From: Pirellulales bacterium
GTDB lineage: Bacteria; Planctomycetota; Planctomycetia; Pirellulales; UBA1268
Assembly: GCA_040877375.1 (NCBI GenBank)
Contig: JBBDNW010000255.1
Coordinates: forward strand, 1-49,025
Reading direction: 5' to 3'
Length of the DNA: 49,025 bases
A model generated the notes under the pieces. That model had not been told where the DNA came from. It was given only the letters and a program-made list of their open reading frames with translations, and searched no databases. This document shows, in pieces, positions 1-9,443 of this stretch. The translations under genes were made by a program, and so were the position numbers. Within the stretch, counting starts at the first letter, position 1. Each line of letters begins with the position of its first letter.

Positions 1-926
1 ACGAACTGGCCGCGGTGCTCGCCCGGCCAGAACTGGCAGATCGCGGTGCCGCCCGTGACGTGGCTGGCGACGTCGGCCAGAGCCTCGATGCTGCCGCGTC
101 TCTGCCGCGCACCGGGATCGCCGACCTCGTGGCCGCGAACGCCGCCCGCGGCACGCAGGCGGTACGGAGCCTCGAGGAGTGCGCCGCTGTCGTGGCCCCG
201 GAAGCCAGCAGCAGTTTCGAACGCATCCGCTACCGGCTCTACGATCTTGAGCGGCGGGTGATGGCGATCCTGCGGGCGCGGGACCGGCTCGCGGGAGTCG
301 CGCTCTGCGTGCTCGTCGACGGTCGGGATGACGTGGCCGTCTTCGAGCGGCTCGTGGAGGGCCTTTTCGGGGTGGGCGTACGGATGCTCCAGATTCGCGA
401 CAAGGATCTGCCGATCGCCTTCATCACCGACCGCATGCAGCGGGCAGTGGCCATTTCCCGACGACACGACCCCGCGCGGCCACCGCTGGTGGTCGTGAAC
501 GACCGGCCCGATGTCGCCGTGGCGGTCGGCGCCGACGGCGTGCATGTCGGCGCCGACGACCTGCCGGTGCCGCTCGTCCGCCGCGTGCTGGGGCCCGGCA
601 GCGTGATCGGCAGCACGGCGCACTCGATCGCGGAGGCGCGGACAGCCGCCGCCGCCGGAGCCGACTACCTCGGGATCGGTCCCTGCTTCCCCTCGGCCAC
701 AAAGTCGTTCGCTGAACATGCGCCGCCAGAGTTTCTCCGGACGGTCTGCCGCGAGCTTGCAGTTCCGTCCTTCGCGATCGGCGGCGTCACGCTTGAGCGG
801 CTCGACACCCTCGCCGCGCTCGGCGTCACACGGGTGGCCGTCGCCTCGGCCGTGACGCGGGCAGCCGACCCGCTCCGTGTCGCCCGGACGCTGCTTGGGC
901 GGCTTGAATCACTGCATCGACCGTGA
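1..926 (+). CDS. thiE: Thiamine-phosphate synthase with N-terminal ThiD2-like extension (5' end truncated by the window edge)
   Basis: Motifs QIRDK, VVNDRPDVA, GADGVHVGADD, GSTAHS, GADYLGIGPCFPSATK, FAIGG; N-terminal 'AARDVAGDVG...N..R..A.RSLEE...RY.LY.LE' resembles the ThiD2 domain. The frame is open to the window start. Confidence 0.9.
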   Translation, partial: ELAAVLARPELADRGAARDVAGDVGQSLDAAASLPRTGIADLVAANAARGTQAVRSLEECAAVVAPEASSSFERIRYRLYDLERRVMAILRARDRLAGVALCVLVDGRDDVAVFERLVEGLFGVGVRMLQIRDKDLPIAFITDRMQRAVAISRRHDPARPPLVVVNDRPDVAVAVGADGVHVGADDLPVPLVRRVLGPGSVIGSTAHSIAEARTAAAAGADYLGIGPCFPSATKSFAEHAPPEFLRTVCRELAVPSFAIGGVTLERLDTLAALGVTRVAVASAVTRAADPLRVARTLLGRLESLHRP

Positions 927-949
927 GTCTGGGCGGGTCGGGCCAGCCG

Positions 950-1516
950 TCACCGTTCCTTGAGCAGTGTGACGATCGTGGCTGCGATCTCGGCCTCGTC
1001 GCTCGAGCGATAGCCGGTCCAGACGCGGCGGACGCGGGCATCCGGACCGATGAGATAGGTCGTGGGGAATGCCTCCAGACCGTAGGTCGAGGCGAAGAGC
1101 GACGCGGCGAGCGGGTCGGAGAGGCTCCAAGCGGAGATGGCGAGTTGTCGTGCGGCAAGGAACTGCCGCGTCTCGCGGGCAAGGTCCTCGAGATTCTCGT
1201 CGCCCCCCGAACCACACGAGACCGCGACAAGTTGGAAGGCGGGCTCGCCCGCGAGCCGGTCGGCGAGCCGCACGAGTCCCGGCAGTTCCTTGCGACAGGG
1301 CGGGCACCAGGTGCCCCAGAAGTTGAGCAGTGTCACCTTGCCCGCCAGGGATGGCGCGGGCAGCGCTGAATCGACGAGCGACACGACCGGCAGCGGCCCC
1401 ATCCGCCGGCCAACCGCGGGGTGCGCAGGCCGAGTGTCGCCGCAGCCGGCGACCATGGTAGTGATCAGGGCGGTGATCACGAAGGCTGGAGCAGCCTGGA
1501 GCGCTCGGGGTGCCAT
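950..1516 (-). CDS. TlpA/thioredoxin-like disulfide reductase, probable lipoprotein
   Basis: GKVTLLNFWGTWCPPCRKELP and PTTYLIG motifs; signal peptide ending in lipobox VAGC. Start placed at ATG 1516. Confidence 0.85.
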   Translation of the reverse strand: MAPRALQAAPAFVITALITTMVAGCGDTRPAHPAVGRRMGPLPVVSLVDSALPAPSLAGKVTLLNFWGTWCPPCRKELPGLVRLADRLAGEPAFQLVAVSCGSGGDENLEDLARETRQFLAARQLAISAWSLSDPLAASLFASTYGLEAFPTTYLIGPDARVRRVWTGYRSSDEAEIAATIVTLLKER

Positions 1517-1675
1517 CGGTTCGGTTTCCAGGTGTTCACGGGGCTCGCAAAAAGTGTAGAGAGTCGAGGTCGTGCTCGACCATGTCGCCGTGACGCAGAT
1601 AGACGCCATCTCGAAAAAACTTCATGCTGCCGGCACCAACCACTCGCCCTTCCGCAGAGTCTCCGTGCCTACCCC

Positions 1676-2780
1676 ATGACCGACGGCCGCACCGCAGCAC
1701 CGCCCGCCGCCGACCGCGAGGGCCGCAATACATTCTGGTTGGAGTGCTATCAGGTCGTCGTCCGCGTCGGCTGGATCTTCAAGACCGAGACGATCATCAT
1801 GCCGGCGGTACTCGACGCCGTCGTTGATTCGGGGTTTCTACGCGGCCTTCTCGTCGGCGAACGGGCTCAACCAACTCGTGGCCGCCGCGCTGCAGGGGAA
1901 ACTCGTCTCGCCCGGACGGCGCGGCAGGGCCATGGTGATAAGCGTCGCCCTTGGCAGCGTGCTGGCCATCATTGCGGCGGTGCTGCTCCTCGGACCCTGG
2001 CTTCGCGAGCCCGACGGCTTCCCGAAGATCTTCGCCGCCACCGCGGCATTCTTTGCGCTGGCGGCCCTGGCGCCGTTGATGCTCGACGAGCACCCTGACG
2101 AGTCGAGGCGGGCGGTCGTGAACGGCGGCGGCACAGCCACAGGCTTCTTCACCCGCTCGGTTGCGGCGGCGCGACACGGCTTGGCACTCTGGCGGGCGAC
2201 GATCGCCCACGATCGGGCGCTGGTGCGGCTCTCGATGGTGGCGGCCTGCTTCTCGGCGGTGCTGATACTGTTTCCCCACTACCAGGCGTTTGCCCGCGAC
2301 CGGCTCGGCAGCGGCACGAGCAGCCTGCTGGCGTGGGTCGTCACGCAAAACGCCGCGACCGGCCTTGCCAGCCTCGTGGCCGGACCGGTCGCCGACCGCC
2401 GGGGCACACGGATCGTGCTCGTGTGGCTCGTCGCGCTCTCGTCGCTCACACCGCTGGTGGTGACGGCGCTTTCGCTGGCAACGCATGCCGTCGCCGTGGA
2501 GTGGTTCTGGATTGTGTACGTGCCGCTCGGACTCAATCCGATCTCACTCAAACTGTTTACAAACTACGCGCTCGAACTGGCCCCGCGGGCCGCCGACCAC
2601 CCGCGGTATGTGAGCATCGTGGGGGCGGCACTTGCGGCGCCGTTCGTGCTCTCGCCCCTGGTGGGCCTGGCGGTCGACGTGTTCGGCTTTCGGCATGTTT
2701 TCATGGCGGGAGCGGCCGTGATCGCCGCCGGGGCCGTGATCGCCCTCGGCCTCCCGGAACCCCGGCATTCCCCCGGCTGA
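1676..2780 (+). pseudogene. MFS transporter, frameshifted and probably internally deleted
   Basis: The N-terminal part (ATG 1676, ...YQVVVRVGWIFKTETIIMPAVLD...FLRGLL) is in one frame and the remaining multi-TM MFS body (FYAAFSSANGLNQL...GPVADRRGTR...to 2780) is in another; the switch is at about 1835-1852. Confidence 0.65.
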
Positions 2781-2876
2781 CCGTTTGGGGCTATCATGCG
2801 GGGGCTTCGGGAACGGCTGCGGCTGCCGCCAACGGCACCGCCAAATCACCCCCGAATTATCCCTCAGGAGTGCGTC

Positions 2877-3326
2877 ATGAAGAATCATCGTCTCGCCGGT
2901 CTGTGTGCGTTCATCGTTGCCTTCGTCTGCTCGGCTGTCGCCATGTCGGCCGCGGTCAAGGAGCCAAAAGACGCCAAGTGCCCCGTCTCGGGCCAGGGCT
3001 GCAATCCGGAGAAGACCGCCGACTTCGACGGCGGCAAGGTGTTTTTCTGCTGCGAGAAGTGTCAAGCCGCGTTTGCTGGCGACTCAGCGAAGTTTGCCGC
3101 CAAGGCCCATCAGCAAATGGTGAGCACCGGCCAACTCGTCCAGAAGGGCTGCCCGTTCAGCGGCGGGCCCGTGAAGCCGGGCACGCAGGTCGCGATCGGC
3201 GATACCGAGGTCGGCTTCTGCTGCCCCAACTGCAAAGCGAAGGTGGAGAAGGCCTCGCCCGACGATCAGGTCGCGATGGTCTTCGGCAAAATCGACAAGG
3301 GCTTCTCGGCACCCGCAAAAAAGTAG
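2877..3326 (+). CDS. Secreted protein with two YHS/TRASH-like Cys motifs
   Basis: AGGAG RBS at 2866-2870, ATG 2877, signal peptide, two repeats of CP(V/F)SG-x(n)-FCCxxC. Confidence 0.75.
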   Translation: MKNHRLAGLCAFIVAFVCSAVAMSAAVKEPKDAKCPVSGQGCNPEKTADFDGGKVFFCCEKCQAAFAGDSAKFAAKAHQQMVSTGQLVQKGCPFSGGPVKPGTQVAIGDTEVGFCCPNCKAKVEKASPDDQVAMVFGKIDKGFSAPAKK

Positions 3327-3440
3327 GATTTTCCAGACCGTCCGCGGGTGGAACTCGCACCCGACTCGCCCACGTTTTCCAGATTGCCGTCTCGAAGCAC
3401 AGCGCTGGTCAAATCCGCTCTAGGGTGCGTGGCTGAGAAC

Positions 3441-3483
3441 TGAAATACTCCGTGCGGGCCGCGTGCCCGGGCGGAGTTTTTCA
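3441..3483 (+). other. Imperfect hairpin ending in a T-run immediately at the lpxB start codon (terminator-like or translation-occluding)
   Basis: TGAAATACTCCG (3441-3452) pairs with CGGAGTTTTTCA (3472-3483) with 1 mismatch; inner GC stem. Confidence 0.4.
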
Positions 3484-4718
3484 TGCGCGTCTTTCTTTCA
3501 GCGGGCGAGCCCTCGGGCGACCATCATGCGGCGCTGCTCGTGCGCGCCATTCGCGACCGCCGGCCAGACGCGGTCTGTGTCGGCCTCGGCGGACCGCACA
3601 TGGCGGCGGAGGGCTGCACGCTCATCGCCGACATGACAATGCTCGCCGTCATGTGGTTTCTGCGGTCGATGCTCAACATCCACCGCTTCGTCGACCTGGC
3701 CCGCCGGGCCGAGCGGAGCTTCCTCGACGCGCGGCCCGATGTCTGCGTACTCGTCGACTTCCCGGGATTCCACTGGTGGCTGGCGTGGCGTGCGAAACGG
3801 CATGGGATTCCCGTCGTCTTCTACTGCCCGCCGCAGATCTGGGCATGGGGGAGCTGGCGGATCAGGAAGATGCGGCGGCTGGTCGACCACGTGCTCTCGG
3901 CACTTCCCTTCGAGCACGACTGGTTCACGGCCCATGGGATGCACAGCACGCTCGTCGGCCATCCCTTCTTCGACGAACTGAAGCCGGCGGAGCTGCACGG
4001 CGCTGCTGATTCCGCGCACCCACTCGTCCTGCTCCTGCCGGGCTCCCGCGGCCAGGAGATCGAGAGCAATCTCGGCACGCTCGTGAGGGCGGCGGCAGCG
4101 ATCCATGCGCAGGTGCCGGAGGCCCGCTTCGCCATCGGGGCGATCCATGAGCGGCACGCGCGGCGGATCACCGCGGCCGTCGACGCCGGGCCCAACGGTC
4201 GCGACCTCGGCATCGAGATCCACGCGGGCCGCACGCGGAGCCTGATCGGCAAGGCGACGGCCGCGATCGCCTGCTCCGGCTCGGTATCGCTCGAACTGCT
4301 CGCCGCGCGGGTGCCGACCGTGATCGTCTACCGGCTCGCAGGCTGGGAATACGTCGTACAGAGCTGGTTTCGCCATACCCGGTATTTCACGCTGGTGAAC
4401 CTCCTCGCGTCGCGGGAGCCGATCGGCCCGGTGCAGGGCGTGTGGATGCCGCCATTCGCGGTGCCACCGGCCGACCCCGAGGCGGTCTACCCTGAATATC
4501 TCGCGGTGCAGGATCCCGCCGACCGGTTGGCAACGCATGTCGTCGAGTGGCTCGTCGACGCGGGGGCGCGGCACCGGGTTGTCGAGCAGTTGGAGGCTAT
4601 CGCGTCCGTCGTGGCCCGCCCCGGATCGGCGGACTGCGCCGCCGCTGCGGTGCTCGCGATCGCTACGCGCAGCCGTGGTGACGCCTCGGCGGAAGCCGAC
4701 AATCGCCGGGCAGCCTGA
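3483..4718 (+). CDS. lpxB: Lipid-A-disaccharide synthase
   Basis: SAGEPSGD, VDFPGF, PPQIWAW, LPFE, VGHP, LLPGSR motifs. Confidence 0.93.
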   Translation: MRVFLSAGEPSGDHHAALLVRAIRDRRPDAVCVGLGGPHMAAEGCTLIADMTMLAVMWFLRSMLNIHRFVDLARRAERSFLDARPDVCVLVDFPGFHWWLAWRAKRHGIPVVFYCPPQIWAWGSWRIRKMRRLVDHVLSALPFEHDWFTAHGMHSTLVGHPFFDELKPAELHGAADSAHPLVLLLPGSRGQEIESNLGTLVRAAAAIHAQVPEARFAIGAIHERHARRITAAVDAGPNGRDLGIEIHAGRTRSLIGKATAAIACSGSVSLELLAARVPTVIVYRLAGWEYVVQSWFRHTRYFTLVNLLASREPIGPVQGVWMPPFAVPPADPEAVYPEYLAVQDPADRLATHVVEWLVDAGARHRVVEQLEAIASVVARPGSADCAAAAVLAIATRSRGDASAEADNRRAA

Positions 4719-4749
4719 TCCGCCGTCGGGCGTGTACGATAGAGGAACG

Positions 4750-5526
4750 ATGTTCGCCGAACCGCAGACCACCTCCGCCGATCTCGAGTTCGATCTCGCC
4801 GGCATCCGCGTCCGCGTGTCGGCCTGGTTCTGGCTGGCCGCGGCCCTCCTGGGCTGGAGCGTGTGCCAGGCCTACTCGCGGGGTGACCAGCGGATGCTGC
4901 TGCAGATGCTCGTGGTCTGGATCGGCGTCGTCTTCCTGTCGATCCTCGTGCACGAGATGGGCCACGCGCTCGCCTACCGCGGCTTCGGCCAGTCGGCTCA
5001 TGTGGTGCTCTACCACTTCGGTGGTCTGGCGGTCCCGGAATCATGGGGCCGGCGGCACCTGCGGCCGTTTGAACGGCTGCTCGTTTCGGCGGCCGGGCCG
5101 CTGGCCCAACTGCTCTTCGCCGGGTTGATCGTGGTCGGCCTCAAGGTCGCGGGATACGCGGTGCCGCTGCCGATCCCAACGCTCTCGTCCATGGTCGGGG
5201 GCGACGGCGGTAGCGACTTCTCGTCGCCCCTCGTCTACGCCCTCTTCGACTTCCTGCTCTACGTCAACATCTTCTGGCCGCTTTTAAACCTCATCCCGGT
5301 GCCACCCCTCGACGGTGGCCAGATCGTCCGCGAGGGACTGCTGACCCTCGGTGTGTCGAGTGCTCATCGCATCGCCGGCATGATCGGCGTGGTGGTCGGC
5401 GGTGGCGTTGCCTGGTGGGGCTACTCCCGCGGCCAGCCGTTTCTCGGGATCATGTTCGCGATGCTTGCCGCGTCGTGCTTCCAGGGCCTCTCGGCTGGTG
5501 ACATGCCGTGGCGCCGCTGGAACTAA
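4750..5526 (+). CDS. Site-2 protease (M50 family intramembrane metalloprotease)
   Basis: HEMGH, SAAGP and NLIPVPPLDGG motifs with TM helices; AGAGGA RBS before ATG 4750. Confidence 0.9.
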   Translation: MFAEPQTTSADLEFDLAGIRVRVSAWFWLAAALLGWSVCQAYSRGDQRMLLQMLVVWIGVVFLSILVHEMGHALAYRGFGQSAHVVLYHFGGLAVPESWGRRHLRPFERLLVSAAGPLAQLLFAGLIVVGLKVAGYAVPLPIPTLSSMVGGDGGSDFSSPLVYALFDFLLYVNIFWPLLNLIPVPPLDGGQIVREGLLTLGVSSAHRIAGMIGVVVGGGVAWWGYSRGQPFLGIMFAMLAASCFQGLSAGDMPWRRWN

Positions 5527-6320
5527 ACTCCACTGGCCGACCGGCCGTGGCCGTCGTCGTGCTTGGGGCGAGCAACGTCTCCCGCGGCCTCTGCCGTCTG
5601 AGTGCCGTCGCCCGAGCCAGAACTGGCGGCAGAGCCGATCTGTTCGTTGCGGCCGGTCATGGTCGCTCGTATGGCGTCAACAGCCGAGTGGCCCTGCGCC
5701 GCCTGCCCTCGATCCTCGGAAGCGGCCTCTGGCGCGGACTCGATCGTGACCGCGCGGCGGGTCTTGACGGCAGAGCGTCGCCGCTGGCGCTGGTGACCGA
5801 CATCGGCAACGACCTGCTCTACGGCTTTCCGGTCGATCAGGTGGCTGCCTGGGTGCGGGAAAGCGTTGGCCGGCTGAACGACCGCGGGGCCAGCGTGGCG
5901 ATCACCCGTCTGCCGCTGGCGAGCATTGCCAGCGTGGGCCCGCTGCGATACCGGGCCCTGCGGACGTGCTACGTGCCGGGCTGTCGGCTCACGCTCGCTG
6001 ACTTGAAGTCGTCGGCACAGCGGCTTGACGACGCAGTCGTGGCGATTGCGGCCGACCTCGGGGCGACGCTCGTCGGGCAGCCGGGCGATTGGTATGGGCT
6101 CGACGCGATCCATGTCCGCCGCCGCCGGCTCGACAACCTCTGGCATCGCGTGTGCGACGCATGGGGCCTCGGCCCGACGGCGAACACTCCGCGGCCCTCG
6201 ATCGGCGAATGGGCGCGGCTCGGCACCAGGTCGGCCGAAGTCCGCTCGGTTGGGCGCAGGATGCGGTTCACGCCGCAGCCGGTGGTGCAGCGGCCGGACC
6301 TGCGGCTGTGGCTGTATTGA
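5508..6320 (+). CDS. Hypothetical protein, SGNH-hydrolase-like
   Basis: VVLGASN (block I-like), DIGNDL (block III-like), DAIH (block V-like). Start uncertain. Confidence 0.6.
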   Translation: MAPLELNSTGRPAVAVVVLGASNVSRGLCRLSAVARARTGGRADLFVAAGHGRSYGVNSRVALRRLPSILGSGLWRGLDRDRAAGLDGRASPLALVTDIGNDLLYGFPVDQVAAWVRESVGRLNDRGASVAITRLPLASIASVGPLRYRALRTCYVPGCRLTLADLKSSAQRLDDAVVAIAADLGATLVGQPGDWYGLDAIHVRRRRLDNLWHRVCDAWGLGPTANTPRPSIGEWARLGTRSAEVRSVGRRMRFTPQPVVQRPDLRLWLY

Positions 6321-6531
6321 TGGGTGTTTTCTGACGAAGACGGCTTCTCGAGGGGGAGCACGCACGCTCCCGATCGTGAGGAGCCGGGGGTGGCACGCGC
6401 AGACGCCGGGGAATGTTTGCGACTCACGAGCGACGTCGAGTCGGCCAGCGGGGCATCCCGTAGCAAAATCCCCCGGCGGCGAGCATGTCACCGCTGGCGA
6501 ACCAATCCGGCACTGATTTCGAGGTGGCCCG

Positions 6532-6630
6532 TATTCCCCGCGCTCGCGCTTGGGGCTTCTTGGTGGCAGGGCACGCAGCGCCGTAGTGATGCCACGCCTA
6601 TTCCCCGCGCTCGCGCTTGGTGCTTCTTGG
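6532..6630. repeat. Two direct copies of a 32-bp palindromic REP-like unit
   Basis: TATTCCCCGCGCTCGCGCTTGG(G/T)GCTTCTTGG at 6532-6563 and 6599-6630, separated by 35 bp, between convergent genes. Confidence 0.8.
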
Positions 6631-6672
6631 GGAGCCACCACAGGAAAGCGTCGCGATGGTCACCGGGCCGCA

Positions 6673-7761
6673 TCAGAGCACGGGCAGCGAGGGCATCGGG
6701 GGGCGGGCGGCGACGGCAGCGGCGAGATTGCCGACGAGCCGCTCGCAGATGGCCTCGAAGTAGGGGCGGCTCGCCGGGTCGTCATAGTTGGCGGCGGTCT
6801 TACCCGCATCGCCGTGCTCGCGGATCGGGATCTGGAGCGGAACCTCGCCGAGGAACGGGATGTCGAGGTCACGGGCGGTCCGCTTCGCGCCACCGGTGCC
6901 GAAGATGTCGTACCGCTTCTGCGAATCGGGGCAGAGGAAGAAGCTCATGTTCTCCACCATGCCGAGGAGCGGGATGTTGACCTTCCTGAACATCGCGATC
7001 GCCTTCGTGGCGTCGAGCAGGGCGACGTCTTGCGGCGTGCAGACGACGACGGCACCCGAGAGCGGCAGGGCCTGCGAGAGCGTCAGCGCGATGTCGCCCG
7101 TGCCCGGAGGCATATCGATCACGAGGTAATCGAGCGGACCCCAGAGCGTGTCGCGGAGCATCTGGGTGATCGCCCCGTGCAGCATCGGGCCCCGCCACAC
7201 GACCGCCTCGCCCGGTGGCACGAGAAAGCCCATTGACATCACGGGCAGCGGATTCCCGCCGACATCGAGAGTCATTGGGAGGATCTTGCCATTGTCGACC
7301 TGCGGCCGGCCCGAGAGGCCCAGGAGATGCGGCACGCTGGGGCCATAGACGTCGGCATCGAGCAGGCCCGTGCGGCTGCCCGCCCGCGCCAGGCCGATCG
7401 CGATGCTCGCGGCGATCGTGCTCTTGCCCACGCCTCCCTTGCCGGAGCCGACGGCGATCACGCTCTTGGCCTCGAGACCGATCTGGCCAAGCTTTGTCGG
7501 CGGCCGGTCGTGCGGCACGACGGCCACGGAGACGGTGGCGACCTGCGGGAACTTTGCCCGGATGAGTTCCTCGATCCGGGCCCGCGTCACGCTCCAGCGA
7601 ATGGCGGAGTGCGTGGTGAGGCCGATGGTGACGGCGATCGCCGCCGGATCGGCGGCCACCGACACGACCTGCCCCATGGTGGTGAGCGGTCGGCCGGTCT
7701 CCGGATCGGCGACATCGGCGAGGACCGCCTCGACGGCCGCGGGGGTGGGCGTGGTTGTCAT
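6673..7761 (-). CDS. mrp: Mrp/NBP35 (ApbC) Fe-S cluster carrier ATPase
   Basis: N-terminal FeS_assembly_P-like domain (V.DPE), GSGKGGVGKST, DADVYGPS, WRGPM, DMPPGTGD, ENMS..CP. Start overlaps the nuoN stop (TAATG). Confidence 0.92.
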   Translation of the reverse strand: MTTTPTPAAVEAVLADVADPETGRPLTTMGQVVSVAADPAAIAVTIGLTTHSAIRWSVTRARIEELIRAKFPQVATVSVAVVPHDRPPTKLGQIGLEAKSVIAVGSGKGGVGKSTIAASIAIGLARAGSRTGLLDADVYGPSVPHLLGLSGRPQVDNGKILPMTLDVGGNPLPVMSMGFLVPPGEAVVWRGPMLHGAITQMLRDTLWGPLDYLVIDMPPGTGDIALTLSQALPLSGAVVVCTPQDVALLDATKAIAMFRKVNIPLLGMVENMSFFLCPDSQKRYDIFGTGGAKRTARDLDIPFLGEVPLQIPIREHGDAGKTAANYDDPASRPYFEAICERLVGNLAAAVAARPPMPSLPVL

Positions 7762-9443
7762 TAGGGTGTGGCGGCGGTCGGGCCTGGGATGTCGGAAACC
7801 GTCGTGTCGGAAACCATCGCGGTGGAGGCGGCTGCCTGAGGGATGATGCTTTCGCCGGCCCGCGAGGCCGCGGTGAACAGGCCGCGGGGCTGGATCGTGA
7901 CCATTCCCACCAGCGCGAGGCACGCCAGCATCGCCAGCCCGCCCCCGAGGCCACCGTCGGCCTGCACGCCCCGCTTCGTGGTCTTGAAGTACATCGCGGC
8001 GATGATGCGCAGGTAGTAGGCGGCAGCGATCGCGGCGTTGAGCACGAGCACGACGGCCAGGCCTACAAACCAGCAACGGCGGCTGCCTAGCGTGATCGGG
8101 GCGTTCCAGTCGACTTCGAGTGTCGAGACGGCGAGCGAAAGCTTGCCCCAGAAGCCCGGCAGGGGCGGGATGCCGGCGAGGGAGAGCAGGAACACGGCCA
8201 GGGCGAAGGCGGCGACCGGGTTGGTCGATGACAGGCCGTCGAGGTCGTCGACCGTGGTGATCTCCTCGCGGGGCGGCCGCGGGCCGCTGCCGCTGGTCCA
8301 CTCAGGCCAGCGATGGCCGAGGTAGGCAATGCCGCCGAACAGCCCGATCGTCGCCAGAGCGTAGGTCGTGAGATAGAAGAGCGTGGCCGAGAGCCCACCC
8401 GCGGCGAAAATCCACGACGAACGATCGTCGGCAGCCGCCGGAGGGGCGGCCGCGGCCGCGGCGACCGCGATCCCGACGAGCAGATAGCCCGCGTGGGCGA
8501 TCGACGAACAGGCGAGCAGCCGCCGCAGGTTCCGCTGCCAGAGAGCCATCACGTTGCCAACCGTCATGGTGACCGCGGCCAGCACTACGGCCACCCGCCA
8601 GAAGAGCTCGGGCGAGGCGCCGGGGCCGACCAAGGCGATGAGTCGGGCGAGGATCACGATGCCAGCCACCTTCGGCAGCGTGGAGAGCAGGGCGGCGTTG
8701 CCGGGGCTCGTGCCCTCGTAGACGTCGGGAGCGTAGAAGTGCATCGGGACCGCGGCGAGTCGGAAGGCTGCACCGACGATCGCCATGCCGATGGCCAGCG
8801 GGAGGAGCACCTGCACCGTGCGGCTCGTGGCCGCCTCGGCCTGCAGCCGCGCCGCGATCGCCTGGAGGTCGGTTGAGCCGCCGAGGCCGTAGAGGCAGAC
8901 GAGGGCATAGAGGAAGATGGCCGATGCGACGAGCGAGAGAAAGAAGTATTTGAGGCTCGCCTCCTGGCCACGGGCGTCGGTCCGCTTCAGGGCCAGGAGA
9001 ATGTAGGTGGGGATCGAGACGAGCTCGAGGCCCGCGAAGAGGAGCACGAGGTCACCGGCCACACCCACCAGGGAGAGGCCGGCAAGGAGCAGGAGAAACG
9101 TGCCTGCCTCCTCGCAGGTGCCACCCCGATGGAGCCCCGGGCCACGGCTGACCGCCGAGACGAAGAGATCGCCAGACTGCACCAGGCAGAGAAGCAGTCC
9201 GAGCGCGAGGACCGTCCAACGGATGAATCCGGAAAACGCATCAACCGTCACGCCGGCCGAGAAGACCGGATCGGCGGCTTGGCCGCGGGTGACGGCCATC
9301 GCCGCCACGATGCCAGCGGCGGCGACGAGCCAGCCGAAGCGGAGACTGGCGAACGCCCCTCCGAGGTAGGCCACGAGCGCCGCCAGCACGAGCACGATCT
9401 CGGGGGCGAGCAGGCTGAACGTTTCAAGCGACGTGGCATTCAT
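7761..9443 (-). CDS. nuoN: NADH-quinone oxidoreductase subunit N
   Basis: EASLKYF, PMHFYAPDVYEG, RLLACSSIAHAGY, SLAGIPPLPGFWGK; operon position. Confidence 0.95.
   Translation of the reverse strand: MNATSLETFSLLAPEIVLVLAALVAYLGGAFASLRFGWLVAAAGIVAAMAVTRGQAADPVFSAGVTVDAFSGFIRWTVLALGLLLCLVQSGDLFVSAVSRGPGLHRGGTCEEAGTFLLLLAGLSLVGVAGDLVLLFAGLELVSIPTYILLALKRTDARGQEASLKYFFLSLVASAIFLYALVCLYGLGGSTDLQAIAARLQAEAATSRTVQVLLPLAIGMAIVGAAFRLAAVPMHFYAPDVYEGTSPGNAALLSTLPKVAGIVILARLIALVGPGASPELFWRVAVVLAAVTMTVGNVMALWQRNLRRLLACSSIAHAGYLLVGIAVAAAAAAPPAAADDRSSWIFAAGGLSATLFYLTTYALATIGLFGGIAYLGHRWPEWTSGSGPRPPREEITTVDDLDGLSSTNPVAAFALAVFLLSLAGIPPLPGFWGKLSLAVSTLEVDWNAPITLGSRRCWFVGLAVVLVLNAAIAAAYYLRIIAAMYFKTTKRGVQADGGLGGGLAMLACLALVGMVTIQPRGLFTAASRAGESIIPQAAASTAMVSDTTVSDIPGPTAATP

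Noticed and set aside
6340-6390. Hairpin after the SGNH-like gene as a terminator
   Set aside because: Imperfect stem without a U-tract; not enough support.
6532-6630. CRISPR array
   Set aside because: Only two units, no cas genes or AT-rich leader, the 3' half does not match type I-E repeats, and a solitary inverted copy elsewhere favours a REP-like element.
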